Under the pieces are notes generated by a model, which saw only the letters and a program-made list of their open reading frames with translations, did not search any database and was not told the DNA's origin. From Nitrosopumilus sp. (GTDB lineage Archaea > Thermoproteota > Nitrososphaeria > Nitrososphaerales > Nitrosopumilaceae), in contig CBDBLO010000002.1 of the NCBI GenBank assembly GCA_965207075.1, positions 1,472,001 to 1,536,000 on the forward strand: a stretch of 64,000 nt of DNA. Reading direction: 5' to 3'. The translations under genes were made by a program, and so were the position numbers. Of this stretch, positions 50,424 through 61,016 are shown one piece after another (positions within the stretch are counted from its first letter, which is position 1; the number at the start of each line of letters is the position of its first letter).

Positions 50424-50551
50424 CTGGCGCGGGTGCCCCGCCGGCATGCGCGGGTGCAGAGCCGTTGCGGACACCGGGGGCTCATCAGATAGTGCGCGCG
50501 CCCAGGCCCGCGCGCAGAGCCAATATCGGAGGTCGGCGCCAGATAATGTCA

Positions 50552-51175
50552 TCAGGGCGGCAGCTGTCTGGACGTCGACGCCATGCGCTGAACCAGCGTG
50601 ATCGCCGATATTACGGCCACCACAACCAGGGCGAGTTCCATGTACCCCGCCATCCCGACTATGGCGATGACGAGCAGGCGCTCGGCCCTCTCCCCGATCC
50701 CGACGCCCTGCATGCGTATCCCGAGCGCGTCGGACTTTGCCCTGGCATAGCTTACGAGCAGTGAGAGCGTGGCGGCAAGCACGACGAGCCACGGCTCCGC
50801 ATATCCCCCCACTGCGATCCCGACAAATATCGCGGACTCGGCAATCTTGTCAGATACGGAGTCTAGGTACGAGCCCCTCTGCGAGGCCTTTCCGGTGACG
50901 CGCGCGACCTGCCCGTCCACCATGTCAAAGAACCCCGATCCGAGCAGCAGGATCCCGCCTGCAAGCAGCCCGTACCCCGACATCTGTTGTAGCACCCCGA
51001 GGTGCGTCTCCTCGTGCAGCCCCAGATGCGGCCCGAGCCCGTACGACACGGCGGCGGCCATGGCGAGCGCAAGGCCCAGCCCGGTCCAAAAGTTGGGCGA
51101 CAGTCCGGTCGCGGCAAACCCGCGGCCCATCTTCTCAAGGGCGGGCCCGAGCGACTCGCGGAGGTTGTTTAGCAT
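50552..51175 (-). CDS. CDP-alcohol phosphatidyltransferase (archaetidylinositol phosphate synthase-like)
   Basis: SPNFWT, DMVDGQVAR...GSYLDSVSD, SYARAK and ERAER motifs. Confidence 0.92.
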   Translation of the reverse strand: MLNNLRESLGPALEKMGRGFAATGLSPNFWTGLGLALAMAAAVSYGLGPHLGLHEETHLGVLQQMSGYGLLAGGILLLGSGFFDMVDGQVARVTGKASQRGSYLDSVSDKIAESAIFVGIAVGGYAEPWLVVLAATLSLLVSYARAKSDALGIRMQGVGIGERAERLLVIAIVGMAGYMELALVVVAVISAITLVQRMASTSRQLPP

Positions 51176-51242
51176 CAACTGCATGTGGGCGGGATCACTA
51201 TAAAGTCCTGTTTTACGCGCCCCGTCCGGCTCAGGCAGCAGC

Positions 51243-52175
51243 CTACGCGCGCCCGGACGACTGCGAGGCGGCGACAAGTGTGGACAGGATCTTGGCTGCC
51301 AGCGCGGCAGTTGCGCCCGTGTCATACGACGGGTTCAGCTCCACGATGTCGCCTCCCGCCACGCGTATGCCGTCGGATGCAAGCGTCCTTGCCATTCCGA
51401 ACAGCTCCCGCGGCGTTATGCCCTCGGCCTCCGGGTTCCCCACCCCGGGCGCAAACGCCGGATCAAGCACGTCGAGATCAAAGCTCGCGTACACGGAGTC
51501 AAACGAGGACGCAAAGTCGCGGAGCATCCGCGGCGCGCCGCCGTCCCGCACGTCCGAGTCGGCTATGGTCCTGATGCCGCCGTCCTTCAGGTATGCGAGC
51601 TCCTCGGCCGCAAAGGCCCTCGCGCCGACGTGAAGTATGCAGTCCGTCCCGCGCTCCTCGGCGATGCGGCGCAGGTACGTGGCGTGGTTGAGCCTCACGT
51701 CCCCGTACTCGTCGCGTAGGTCGTAGTGCGCGTCAAACACCACGTATCCGACGCCTCTTGGAAACGCCGTGTACGTCCCGTACGTGGCAAGGTGCTCGCC
51801 GCCCAGCATGAAGACGGGTCCCTGCCCCCGGTTCAGGAGGTCCCCCGTTACGCGGCGCGCCGCGTCGATCATACGCTCGGGGGAGGCCGTGTGCGGCATG
51901 TCCCCCAGATCCCGGATCGGCACGGCCTCCAAGTCGACCCCCATCTCCGGATGAAACACCTCTATGTTGTGGAACGCCGAGCGTATGGCGCCGGGGCCGA
52001 ACCTGCAGCCGGGCCTGTACGAATGGGTCGCGTCAAAGGGCACCCCAAATACGGAGCACGCGGGAGCCGCGCCGCCGTTGCTGTCGCCGTCGCTGCCGCG
52101 TGGCCCTGCGGACGGCGCGGATCCCGATATCAGCGGTCCGCTTCCCCCCAGGTACAGGTCTGCGTAGCTCATCAT
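51243..52175 (-). CDS. speB: Agmatinase
   Basis: GGEH, DAHYD, DLDVLDPAFAPGVG and DIVELNP motifs. Confidence 0.94.
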   Translation of the reverse strand: MMSYADLYLGGSGPLISGSAPSAGPRGSDGDSNGGAAPACSVFGVPFDATHSYRPGCRFGPGAIRSAFHNIEVFHPEMGVDLEAVPIRDLGDMPHTASPERMIDAARRVTGDLLNRGQGPVFMLGGEHLATYGTYTAFPRGVGYVVFDAHYDLRDEYGDVRLNHATYLRRIAEERGTDCILHVGARAFAAEELAYLKDGGIRTIADSDVRDGGAPRMLRDFASSFDSVYASFDLDVLDPAFAPGVGNPEAEGITPRELFGMARTLASDGIRVAGGDIVELNPSYDTGATAALAAKILSTLVAASQSSGRA

Positions 52176-54181
52176 ACCATCAGCTGCGGTCTTTTAGAGA
52201 GGTGCGCGGGCATGTTGAGGCCGGCAGCCGGCATGCCCTCGGTCTTTGACCTTATCTCCCGTAACAGGTCATCTGGCGTCATCTCCTTGACGCGTCCGGA
52301 TTCCCGGATCCTGACGCTCAGCCTGCCGGACTCGGACTCCTGCTCGCCCACCACTAGGACGTATGGGGCCCACTCTTTTTCTGCCTCCCTGATCCGCTTC
52401 CCTATGCTCTGGTTGCGGTCGTCTATGTCGGCCCTTATGCCGCGCGTCGTGAGCCCCGACGCAAACGACTCGGCAAGGCCCACAAACTCCTCCTTGACGG
52501 GTATGATCCGCACCTGTGTGGGCGAGAGCCACAGCGGAAGCATGGGGCGCCTGCCCTCCTTGGAGTCGGCGGCCGCCTTTTCAAGCAGCGTGTATATTAT
52601 GCGCTCCACTGCGCCACTGGGCGAGTTGTGCAGTATTATCGGATGGATCCTATTGTTGTCCTCGTCGACAAACGTGATGCCGTACCTGCTCCCGTTCTCC
52701 ACGTCGATCTGGTCTGTGGAGAGAGCCGACGCCTTGCCCATGTTGTCGATGTAGTTGAACTCCCACTTTAGCACAAAGTAGAAGAACCGTTCCTTCCACA
52801 TCTCCACCAGCATGGGCTTACCGTGCGCAGCGGCCAGCCGGTTTATGACGCCGCGGTGATCGTTGTAAAAGTCCTCTGTAAACCTTATTGCCATCTCATA
52901 GTCGTCGCCCGGGATACCCATCTCGGACAGCACGCGCTGCGACAGTTTGAAGCGCACCTCGATCTCATCGATTGCCTGGTCCATGTCCTTGCAGAACGCG
53001 TGGCAGTCGGGCATTGTGAACGCCCGCAGCCGACGCAACCCCACCAGCTCGCCCGTCTGCTCCCGGCGGAAGCTGTAGCGCGTCATCTCGTACAGCCGGT
53101 ACGGAAGGTTGTGGTGCGACATCTGGAACTGGTGGGCCATCAGGAATTGCCCAAAGCACGCGGCGAACCTCAGAAAGAGCCGCTTGCCCTCAGAGTCTAT
53201 CGTATACTGCCTTGCGGGAAACCTGTTAAAGTAGCTCACCATGCTGGGATGCTCCGAGTCGTACATTATCGGCGTCTCCACTTCGTAGCCGCCGTACTCC
53301 TTTACGCGGTTTGTAACATGGGACTCGATGAGGGACTTTATGAGCCGGCCGTTGGGAAAGAACCGCATGTTTCCATGATCCGATGCGTGTTCATAGTCGG
53401 CAATGGCAAGCCGCTTCATCAGGGCCACGTGCGGCGGCGGCTCGTCGACGTGCCGCTGCTTTTCTGACTCGTACTTTGCAAGGGTCTCGAGCTTTTTGTG
53501 CCCCGTAAAGTCAAATTCGTCTATCTCCACCAGGTTTCCGTCCGGGGTGAGTATGCGCCAGTGGGACTTTAGCCTTGATTCGCGCTCGAGCGCGTGCGAC
53601 TTGTCCTCGTCGTCGTCGTCGTCGTCGTCGTCGCCAGTATCATTATCATCGCCGCTGCCGCCTTCTTCTTCTCCTTTCCTTCCAGACCGGGCGCGCGGCG
53701 CGGCGGCGGCCGAACCTGTATGCGGCTCACCCGCGGAAGTAGCATGCGGCGGTTTCAGCGAATCGGATCTGATCACCTTTGAGGACTCTGCAAGCGGGTG
53801 CCCCTTTACCTTGACGTGGTACGACTTTGTCCACCCAAATGGAGCCCGGGACACCTCAAGCGCCCCGTCTGCCGCCTTGGCGTGATCCTCCATCTCCTCA
53901 AGCAGTCCTAGTGCAGTCGACGGCTTGGCAAGATCCGAACTGAGGTGGGCGTACGGATACAGGAGCAGCCGGGTGCACCCGACGTTTATCATCGAGGCGC
54001 GTATCTGCCGGACGGCCTCAGTCGCCACAGAAGAGTTATCGCCGGTCTCCACCGCGACGAATGCCACCACCACTTCCTCGAGGCGCAGGGTCGACATGTC
54101 GTCTAGATCTTCGGCCATCTTGTTCTCCTTTTTTGTGGGAGTGTACTCTATGCTGTCGCAATGGAGTTGCAGTATGCGCAT
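52172..54181 (-). CDS. thrS: Threonyl-tRNA synthetase (archaeal type)
   Basis: Archaeal editing domain YPYAHLSS / KGHPLAE; FRREQTGEL, FTMPDCH and GAVER motifs. Confidence 0.97.
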   Translation of the reverse strand: MRILQLHCDSIEYTPTKKENKMAEDLDDMSTLRLEEVVVAFVAVETGDNSSVATEAVRQIRASMINVGCTRLLLYPYAHLSSDLAKPSTALGLLEEMEDHAKAADGALEVSRAPFGWTKSYHVKVKGHPLAESSKVIRSDSLKPPHATSAGEPHTGSAAAAPRARSGRKGEEEGGSGDDNDTGDDDDDDDDEDKSHALERESRLKSHWRILTPDGNLVEIDEFDFTGHKKLETLAKYESEKQRHVDEPPPHVALMKRLAIADYEHASDHGNMRFFPNGRLIKSLIESHVTNRVKEYGGYEVETPIMYDSEHPSMVSYFNRFPARQYTIDSEGKRLFLRFAACFGQFLMAHQFQMSHHNLPYRLYEMTRYSFRREQTGELVGLRRLRAFTMPDCHAFCKDMDQAIDEIEVRFKLSQRVLSEMGIPGDDYEMAIRFTEDFYNDHRGVINRLAAAHGKPMLVEMWKERFFYFVLKWEFNYIDNMGKASALSTDQIDVENGSRYGITFVDEDNNRIHPIILHNSPSGAVERIIYTLLEKAAADSKEGRRPMLPLWLSPTQVRIIPVKEEFVGLAESFASGLTTRGIRADIDDRNQSIGKRIREAEKEWAPYVLVVGEQESESGRLSVRIRESGRVKEMTPDDLLREIRSKTEGMPAAGLNMPAHLSKRPQLMV

Positions 54182-54654
54182 AAGGCGAACTCAAGCCAGA
54201 GTCGAATTAAGTGTTTCATTGGTATGTACGAGATTGCCAGACGATGCAGGGCGGTGGGTGGGGAGGGGAGGGAGGGGAGGGTGGAGGGGGGCAACTGGGC
54301 ATCCGGACAGGCGGGGGAACGGGGTCACGCGTGCGGCTACGAGTACGCGACTGCGAGCATGCGGACGGCAGGTGCCATTCGCCGCCCTGCCACAACACTG
54401 CCGGCCGGGTACCGGCAGTACGCGCACGCGTGTTTTGATCCATGCAGTCCAGCTGCCGGACGTCCAACGTGCAGGTTGAGAGGGACAGAGTCGGTGCACG
54501 CAGGCGCCGAGAGTCGTGCAGTAGCGGCATCATCATAATTACAATTGTAGTTGCCGCCGTCATTGTCACAATAGTTGCCGCCGCAATAAAGGAAAGATAC
54601 GCGTGAGCTGCATTGCAGCAGGCGCCGCCCTGTGCCCCGCAGAGCGGCACAGTG

Positions 54655-55032
54655 TCATTTTCCCCCCGCACCGTCAGCAGGCACATCTCGCCCCGCAATG
54701 CGCGCCCTAAGGGAGATCACAGAGCGCAACACCAGGGCAGACAGTCCAAGGTGCTCAGACAGCAGACGCCCGGCAGGCTCAAGCGGCCTCTCACCGAGGA
54801 ACCCCTCGTCGTATGTAATCTCAACCGAACCCTTGTCCGTCTCCACGTACGACGTGACAAGCGAGTAAGGCCCACGCGAGTCGCCGGAGACGCCCCTGTC
54901 AACATAGAGGCGCAGCTCGACTTTCCTGATGACAAACTCGTCGTGGGGCATCCGGCCCGAGTCCAGCACGACAACGGCGCCGTCGGGCGCCCGTTCTACC
55001 TTGCGCGGGTCGCGCACCTCTGTGACTCTCAT
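54655..55032 (-). CDS. Hypothetical protein
   Basis: ATG at 55032; YSLVTSYVETDKGSVEITYDEG...LGLSALVLRSVISL looks globular. Confidence 0.7.
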   Translation of the reverse strand: MRVTEVRDPRKVERAPDGAVVVLDSGRMPHDEFVIRKVELRLYVDRGVSGDSRGPYSLVTSYVETDKGSVEITYDEGFLGERPLEPAGRLLSEHLGLSALVLRSVISLRARIAGRDVPADGAGGK

Positions 55033-55175
55033 ACTGCAGCATGGTCGCCGTACTATATGGACTTGGCCGCGCGAGGGGGCGGGGCGCCGCACCCTGCGGC
55101 CCCCGGCATGAAACCTCAACCGGCCCTGGCGCGCCGATCAGTAAGGGATAATTACGCACCAGGCACGCGCATGGC

Positions 55176-56252
55176 ATGCATGGCGATCCCCACGAGTTTT
55201 GCGGCAGGGATGTGCAGCACGCGTCGATAAGGCCAGACATGACCATATCGGACCTGGTGGACCTGTTCGCGGGATCCGGATACAATGCAAGAAGGCTCGG
55301 CGAGGCCGCAAACCTGTACAGGACGATGGTGCGGGAGGATGCCGTCATATGCCTGACCGTATCAGGCGCGCTGGCGCCGGTCGGGCTCGGCGGCATCATA
55401 GGCACCCTCATCGAGCGCGGATTCGTGGACTGGATAATATCCACGGGGGCCAACGTATACCACGAGGATCACTTCGCGTGGGGGCTGCCGGTAAAGCAGG
55501 GCAGCTCCGAGGTCGACGACGCAAGGCTCTACGAGAACGAGATCGTGAGGATACGCGACGTTTACATAAAATTCTACGAGACGCTGGAGGCGCAGGACCA
55601 GATAGTCCAAAAGATGTTCGGGGGGGACAGCTTCTCCGGCGCGTCGTTCACGACTGCCGAGTTCTGCAACGCGATGGGAAAGGCAAGCCTGGAGCATGCC
55701 AAGTATCCGGAGAGGAGCTTTGTTACGTCGGCATACAAGCAGGGGGTGCCCCTGTACATATCGACCCTGAAGGACTCGTCGCTTGCCCTCAACCTGGCCG
55801 CGCACAGGCTGGGCGGAAAGGAGTACAGGCTGGACTTTGCAAGGGAGATACTGGAGCAGGCCGCAATAGTGTACGACTCGGCAAAGTCTGGGATAGTAGA
55901 GTTGGGGGGAGGGGTTCCAAAGAACACGGCGCAGCAGACGGGGCCCCTGCTTGACCAGATACTGAGAAGGAACGACGGGGGGCAGGACTACATCATACAG
56001 ATCACCGATGCGCGTCCGGATACGGGCGGGCTGTCGGGGGCCACCCTGCAGGAGGGCAAGAGCTGGGGCAAGATACAGGACGCCCACAGTGGGATGGCAA
56101 CCGTGTACGCGGACGCCACGATCGCGTTCCCCATACTCGCGCTGTACGTGATGTCAAACGAGGAGCCGAGGAGGCCGAGGAGGCTGTACGACAGGCTGGG
56201 CGACATGTACGAGAGGCTAAAGTCAGACTATCTGGGTTCGGGTCGCGGCTAG
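55176..56252 (+). CDS. dys: Deoxyhypusine synthase (DHS family)
   Basis: STGAN, GGGVPKN, GGLSGAT..EGKSWGK and DATIAFP motifs. Confidence 0.92.
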   Translation: MHGDPHEFCGRDVQHASIRPDMTISDLVDLFAGSGYNARRLGEAANLYRTMVREDAVICLTVSGALAPVGLGGIIGTLIERGFVDWIISTGANVYHEDHFAWGLPVKQGSSEVDDARLYENEIVRIRDVYIKFYETLEAQDQIVQKMFGGDSFSGASFTTAEFCNAMGKASLEHAKYPERSFVTSAYKQGVPLYISTLKDSSLALNLAAHRLGGKEYRLDFAREILEQAAIVYDSAKSGIVELGGGVPKNTAQQTGPLLDQILRRNDGGQDYIIQITDARPDTGGLSGATLQEGKSWGKIQDAHSGMATVYADATIAFPILALYVMSNEEPRRPRRLYDRLGDMYERLKSDYLGSGRG

Positions 56253-56350
56253 CATTTAGCAGGCAGTTGCTGACGCGCGCGGCAGGCGTGCGGTGCACCG
56301 CGCAGCTCACCGCAGACTACCATCGCGACAGGCACGCGCATGCAGCAGGG

Positions 56351-56563
56351 TCAGAACCGGTCGAACCTAGCGCGTTCCAGATCGCGGTCATCCTTTGACT
56401 CTTTTTTCCACTCCTTGTAGTGTTCCTTGCAGAGGACGGACTTTTTTCCAACACCGCTTACGCGAAGTCCCGCCCCCTCCACTTTCACGGTGTTGAGGGA
56501 ACGGGCCCCGCCGTTGTCGCAGCCGTCCACGTTGCATTTGGCACCCTTCGACACAACGCCCAT
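56351..56563 (-). CDS. Small putative zinc-binding protein
   Basis: CNVDGC...LCKEHYKEWKK; ATG at 56563, TTAAATA upstream. Confidence 0.75.
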   Translation of the reverse strand: MGVVSKGAKCNVDGCDNGGARSLNTVKVEGAGLRVSGVGKKSVLCKEHYKEWKKESKDDRDLERARFDRF

Positions 56564-56702
56564 GCACGGCCGTGTGCACGCGCCGTATTTAATGATGTGT
56601 GCGGGGCGGGTACCCTGCGCGCACGCAGCCGTGCGTGCAGGCCCCGGCATCTGGCCGCGCCGTTTTGTTGGTTTATAAGGAGAGCGCCGCCGGCTCTGCA
56701 CC

Positions 56703-57044
56703 ATGGGAGGAGCAAAAAAGCCCACCGCGGCCAACAAGGACAGGTCGTCAGGATCCAAAGACTCCAAAAAGGGAAAGAAGGACAAGGGGGCAGGAGAATC
56801 GGGCCCAAAGAGGGCGGAGATAATAGTCAGGGTCAACGGTGAACAGGCCCTGAAGATAGTAAGGGGCGCCAAGGTGATAACGGCCCAGGAGCTTGCAAGG
56901 CAGCTGGGTGTAAAGATATCTGCCGCAAACAGATTCCTCAAGGAGACGGTCTCAAGCGGTGACGTCAACGTGATCGGGGGCCACTCCGGCCACTACCTGT
57001 ACCAGGGCGCGGCAGCCTCAGGCAAAGACGGCAGTGCGGCATAG
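56703..57044 (+). CDS. rps25e: 30S ribosomal protein S25e
   Basis: Lys-rich N-terminus plus KVITAQELARQLGVKISAANRFL wHTH. Confidence 0.85.
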   Translation: MGGAKKPTAANKDRSSGSKDSKKGKKDKGAGESGPKRAEIIVRVNGEQALKIVRGAKVITAQELARQLGVKISAANRFLKETVSSGDVNVIGGHSGHYLYQGAAASGKDGSAA

Positions 57045-57294
57045 CACACTGTGATGCCGGCGGCGGCCTGACAGGCCCGAATGCGAGGATATGGGGAGGG
57101 GCCTGCATGCAGGCAGTCACCTATCCATGCGCCGCCAAGCTGCCGCACTTGCACACGCGTTCGCGCCGGTGGCCGGCATCGAGTGTTTTACGGCAGCAGT
57201 GGCAGGACCGGCCCTTTGCGCAAAAGCCGTGCCACAGACAGGAAAGAGGACGGGCCCGTACAGGCAGCCGGACCAGAAATACGCCGGCCCTCTG

Positions 57295-57696
57295 CTAGGA
57301 GGCGCCGCTTGCGGCAGCGTCGCGTATCGAGAGCGGCGTGCTCGGCCCCGCATCCTCAAGCAGCCGGACGTCACCGACGAGCCGGCCTATCGGAGTCATC
57401 TTGTTTGCAGACGCCACATCGTTTAGAAAAAAGCACACGCTGCCTGTTGATGGCAGGAACGCCACGTCTCCCTTCTTGAACTCCGAGCGTTCCCTCTCAA
57501 GCCCCGAGTCTATCGCGGTCTCGATGTATATTATGCTCTTGCCCATCCTGTGCGCATTTCCACTGAGCGGCAGGGAACGAGTTATCAACCCGACCGTCCG
57601 CGGAGAAAGGTGCCGGCGCAGGTCGCATCCAAGCCTGCGGCCTGTTCCAACCTCAAGTACCAGTTCCCTGCGCGATACGGACGGCGTCCCGCTCAA
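57295..57696 (-). CDS. Cyclophilin-like fold protein
   Basis: SPRTV...SLP, GDVAFLP...VCFF and MTPIGR pattern. Confidence 0.8.
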   Translation of the reverse strand: MSGTPSVSRRELVLEVGTGRRLGCDLRRHLSPRTVGLITRSLPLSGNAHRMGKSIIYIETAIDSGLERERSEFKKGDVAFLPSTGSVCFFLNDVASANKMTPIGRLVGDVRLLEDAGPSTPLSIRDAAASGAS

Positions 57697-57749
57697 CCTG
57701 ATGACGCCATTGAATAGATTATATAACGTTTTAAGAGGCGATCGTCTGC

Positions 57750-58406
57750 TTGTCCGAAGTCAATGAGAGCAAGATGATCGGCTCTCCGAATGCCAATTCT
57801 GCAGACGCAGATGGCCGCTACAAGAAGGGGGAAGAAGAAGCATTCCCGGCGACGGAGGCGACTACGGACGCGCCCTCGGCGACAGGGGCAAAGGAAGAAG
57901 ATGCTGCCGCGATTCCGGCGGCCGGGGCAGATGACGACGATGCGTCCGCACCAATAGCCCCACCGGCAGAACCGGAGCCCGACGAGAACATAGGCCTCAA
58001 CAGAGCCTTGGAATCGTACCGCAAGCTTATCGAGAAAAAGGACGGCGACACGCCCCTGACCGAGGAGGAGAGAGAGTCGCTTGAGAGAAAGCTTGACGAG
58101 ATGAGGGACAGGGACGTGGTAGAAAAGGTCGCAGATCACGAGCCCGTGGAGATACCGTGCGAGAACCAGAAGGTTACGGTGGGCCCGCCCACGCTGACCA
58201 GGTTTGAAAAGGCGCGCATCATGGGGGCAAGGGCGCTGCAGCTGTCACAGGGAGCCCCGCCGTTCATACCAATTCCAAAGACTGCAAGGACGTCCCTTGA
58301 CATATCAATGGAGGAGCTCGAGCAGAGGGTGATTCCCATCACAATCAGGCGCGTCCTCCCAAACGGGGATCACCAGAATATACCGATAAGCTACTTTGAG
58401 AAATAG
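57750..58406 (+). CDS. rpoK: DNA-directed RNA polymerase subunit K (Rpo6) with acidic N-terminal extension
   Basis: LTRFEKARIMGARALQLSQGAP and IPITIRR motifs. Confidence 0.93.
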   Translation: MSEVNESKMIGSPNANSADADGRYKKGEEEAFPATEATTDAPSATGAKEEDAAAIPAAGADDDDASAPIAPPAEPEPDENIGLNRALESYRKLIEKKDGDTPLTEEERESLERKLDEMRDRDVVEKVADHEPVEIPCENQKVTVGPPTLTRFEKARIMGARALQLSQGAPPFIPIPKTARTSLDISMEELEQRVIPITIRRVLPNGDHQNIPISYFEK

Positions 58407-58549
58407 TCCATCGCGGGCCGCACGTACGCCACCAGACCGTCCATGCCAAAGATCCACGGTTCGCACGCATACACGTACGCACGCATTCCATGAACCATTG
58501 GTCGATAAAACTTAATAGAATTACAAGTCGAATCCGGAATGTTACCGTG

Positions 58550-58906
58550 ATGGAAGGAGACAGTGAGCGCACAAGCCCAAGCATGGCCGGCAGGACCGGA
58601 GACTATGGGGGCGGTTACCACGACGGGGACAACAACGAGGATGGCATAATCTACATAGGCAGCAACCCCATAGACAACTACGCAATGGAGGCAGTCCAAG
58701 CCCTGTCAAAAAAGGGCAACGTAACGCTCCGCTCAAAAGGAAGATCGATACCGACTGCCGTGACGGTGGCAAACATAGTGACGCGCGAGGTACTAAAGAG
58801 CAGGTCCCGCGTAAGGCAGATACTGCTTGACACCGACGCAGCCCCCGGCATAGGCAGCATGACATCCACAATAGAGATACATATTGACAGGCTACAGCTG
58901 AACTGA
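58550..58906 (+). CDS. Alba-family nucleic-acid-binding protein
   Basis: IYIGSNPIDNY, SKGRSIPTAVTVA and STIEI motifs. Confidence 0.88.
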   Translation: MEGDSERTSPSMAGRTGDYGGGYHDGDNNEDGIIYIGSNPIDNYAMEAVQALSKKGNVTLRSKGRSIPTAVTVANIVTREVLKSRSRVRQILLDTDAAPGIGSMTSTIEIHIDRLQLN

Positions 58907-59112
58907 CGCCGTCGTATCAGTGGCCGATGCCAAGAGAGGCTGCAACCGGGCCTCAGGCTAGACACCGGCAGGGGTTGTGGCGGCAATGGAATATCATAGT
59001 CATCAACAATGACACCGCCATTGCCGCCGCCGTCGCCAGCAACGGCGCCAGCAGTAATGACAGCGGCAACTGCTAGCAGCAGAGGCGGCAGTCTTCAAGG
59101 CGGCAGGACAGC

Positions 59113-59526
59113 CTAAAACCCGCCAGGACCCTTTAGGAGCATGCTCTCGCACTCCTTGCAGACTTCCTCGTCGATGTCAGACTCCAGGTTGTGGTGAATC
59201 TCGCAGATCAGGAGGCTCGACTTGATGTAGTTGCACAGGCCGATGAACTTTGAGAGGCTCAGCGGCGTGTACGCCATGTCCGAGGCCAGGTTGTCACACA
59301 GATCGTCAATCATTGCGGCCACCTTGTCCTGCGAGAGCAGCTTGCCTATCAGGACGGGGTCGCCGCGCGTGCCCCGGATGTAGTTGCTGATTGCGGCCTG
59401 CGTGACGCCGAGCATTTTTGATATCTCGTCCTCGCGTATGTCATGATCCTCGGCCAGCTTTTTTGCAATGATTGCGCGCAGCGCAGGTATCAACGTCTTG
59501 GATTCTATCTCGGCCGGAAGCAGCAT
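59113..59526 (-). CDS. HTH transcriptional regulator
   Basis: LPAEIESKTLIPALRA, ISKMLGVTQAAISNY and CEIH...CKEC motifs. Confidence 0.88.
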   Translation of the reverse strand: MLLPAEIESKTLIPALRAIIAKKLAEDHDIREDEISKMLGVTQAAISNYIRGTRGDPVLIGKLLSQDKVAAMIDDLCDNLASDMAYTPLSLSKFIGLCNYIKSSLLICEIHHNLESDIDEEVCKECESMLLKGPGGF

Positions 59527-59646
59527 GAAAAAGTTTCTTGTCCCTAGACATTTATAGTTTGCAAGAAATCGCGCCCCCCGCGGAACCGGCGCCCGCGGCC
59601 TCCGGCCTAAAGCGCGGCGGTCCGCGCAAGTTATCTACTTAACCAG

Positions 59647-60735
59647 ATGAAAACAACACCGGACATGCTGCAGGCAGACGGCGAGGTAGGGGACGCAGTG
59701 GCCAGGGTCAGGGCCGCCCTCAAGTCCGCATGCGGCAGGCACGAGATCAGCCTGGTGGCGCTATCAGGAGGCCTCGATTCGAGCATAATAGCGTGGCACG
59801 CAAGGCAGGCCGGAAGCCCCAGGGGGGTTGCGATAATCGCAAGGGACTTTGTCTCGACGGATCTGGCATACTGCCAGATGGCCTCAAGGGAGCTTGACGT
59901 GCCGCTTGAGATGGTCAGCGCGGGGACAGACGAGATACTAGACGGCATAACCAGCACCGTCAAGATTCTCAGGAACTTCAACGACATAGAGATCAGAAAC
60001 AGCGTGGTTATGTATCTGGCCGCAAGGTGGGCGGCCGAGAACGGGTATCGCTCCATTGCCACCGGGGACGGCGCAGACGAGCTGTTTGCAGGCTACAGGT
60101 TCCTGACAGAGACGCCAGAGGACAGGCTTGCAGGCGAGCTTGAGAGGATCCGCGACACGATGCACTTTCCCTCCCACGACATATGCAGGTCGCTTGGCAT
60201 AACCGCCGTATCCCCGTTTTTAGACGGCGAGGTGGTGCAGCTTGCGCAGGACATGGAGGCCTCACTCAAGGTCAGGCGCGACCACCCGAGGGGCGCGGCT
60301 CAGGCGCCCGAGGGCGGAGAGGGGCGCGGCGCCGTGCGCCACGGCAAGTGGATACTCAGAAGGGCGTTTGAGGGCGTCCTGCCGGCCGGGATAGCGTGGA
60401 GGCCAAAGTCCGCAATGCAGGACGGCGCGGGTACGGTGGGGCTTACGGGACTGTTCGAGTCCATGATGCGCATCGACGAGGAATCGTACGTCAGAAAGGT
60501 GCTTGCCGCAAAAATGGAGGATGGCGTTACAATCAGGAGCCAAGAGTCAATGTACTATTACGAGATATTCAGGAGGGAGTTCGGGGTGCCGGCGGAGTTC
60601 CAGGCGGCCGAGGCAGGGGCAGGGTCGAAAGACGACGGCGGTGCGAACCGGCCCGGGAAGACATGCCCCTACTGCAGGTGCGCGATCGCACGCGGCGCCA
60701 GGTTCTGCAGGATGTGCGCCGCGTTTCCGGTCTAG
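59647..60735 (+). CDS. Asparagine synthase C-terminal-domain protein with zinc ribbon
   Basis: LSGGLDSS, TGDGADELFAGY, SPFLD and KWILR motifs; no glutaminase domain; CPYC...CRMC tail. Confidence 0.88.
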   Translation: MKTTPDMLQADGEVGDAVARVRAALKSACGRHEISLVALSGGLDSSIIAWHARQAGSPRGVAIIARDFVSTDLAYCQMASRELDVPLEMVSAGTDEILDGITSTVKILRNFNDIEIRNSVVMYLAARWAAENGYRSIATGDGADELFAGYRFLTETPEDRLAGELERIRDTMHFPSHDICRSLGITAVSPFLDGEVVQLAQDMEASLKVRRDHPRGAAQAPEGGEGRGAVRHGKWILRRAFEGVLPAGIAWRPKSAMQDGAGTVGLTGLFESMMRIDEESYVRKVLAAKMEDGVTIRSQESMYYYEIFRREFGVPAEFQAAEAGAGSKDDGGANRPGKTCPYCRCAIARGARFCRMCAAFPV

Positions 60736-60878
60736 GCGTTCTTCCTATACTTGCGGGGCTTTTTTGCAAATATCATGCGGCACCCGTTGCAGCAAAAGTA
60801 AAACGTCGAGCCCTTGTATTCGTGCGGGAGTGCAAGATCCTCGTCAAGTTCTATCCCGCACACAGGGTCTACAGGCAC
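60732..60878 (-). CDS. YHS-domain protein (48 aa)
   Basis: Manual translation from GTG: MPVDPVCGIELDEDLALPHEYKGSTFYFCCNGCRMIFAKKPRKYRKNA; below the ORF-track length cutoff. Confidence 0.88.
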   Translation of the reverse strand: MPVDPVCGIELDEDLALPHEYKGSTFYFCCNGCRMIFAKKPRKYRKNA

Positions 60879-61016
60879 ATGCCGCGTGGGGCATCTTTCT
60901 ATTTATAGTATGATTGCAGCGCGGACCTGCACGCCCTCCAATAGCAGGGGCGGGGGTTGTGGCGGCAGCATGCAGCCCCCCAAACGGCAAACGCGGCGGG
61001 CGCCAATGCGGGCCGG

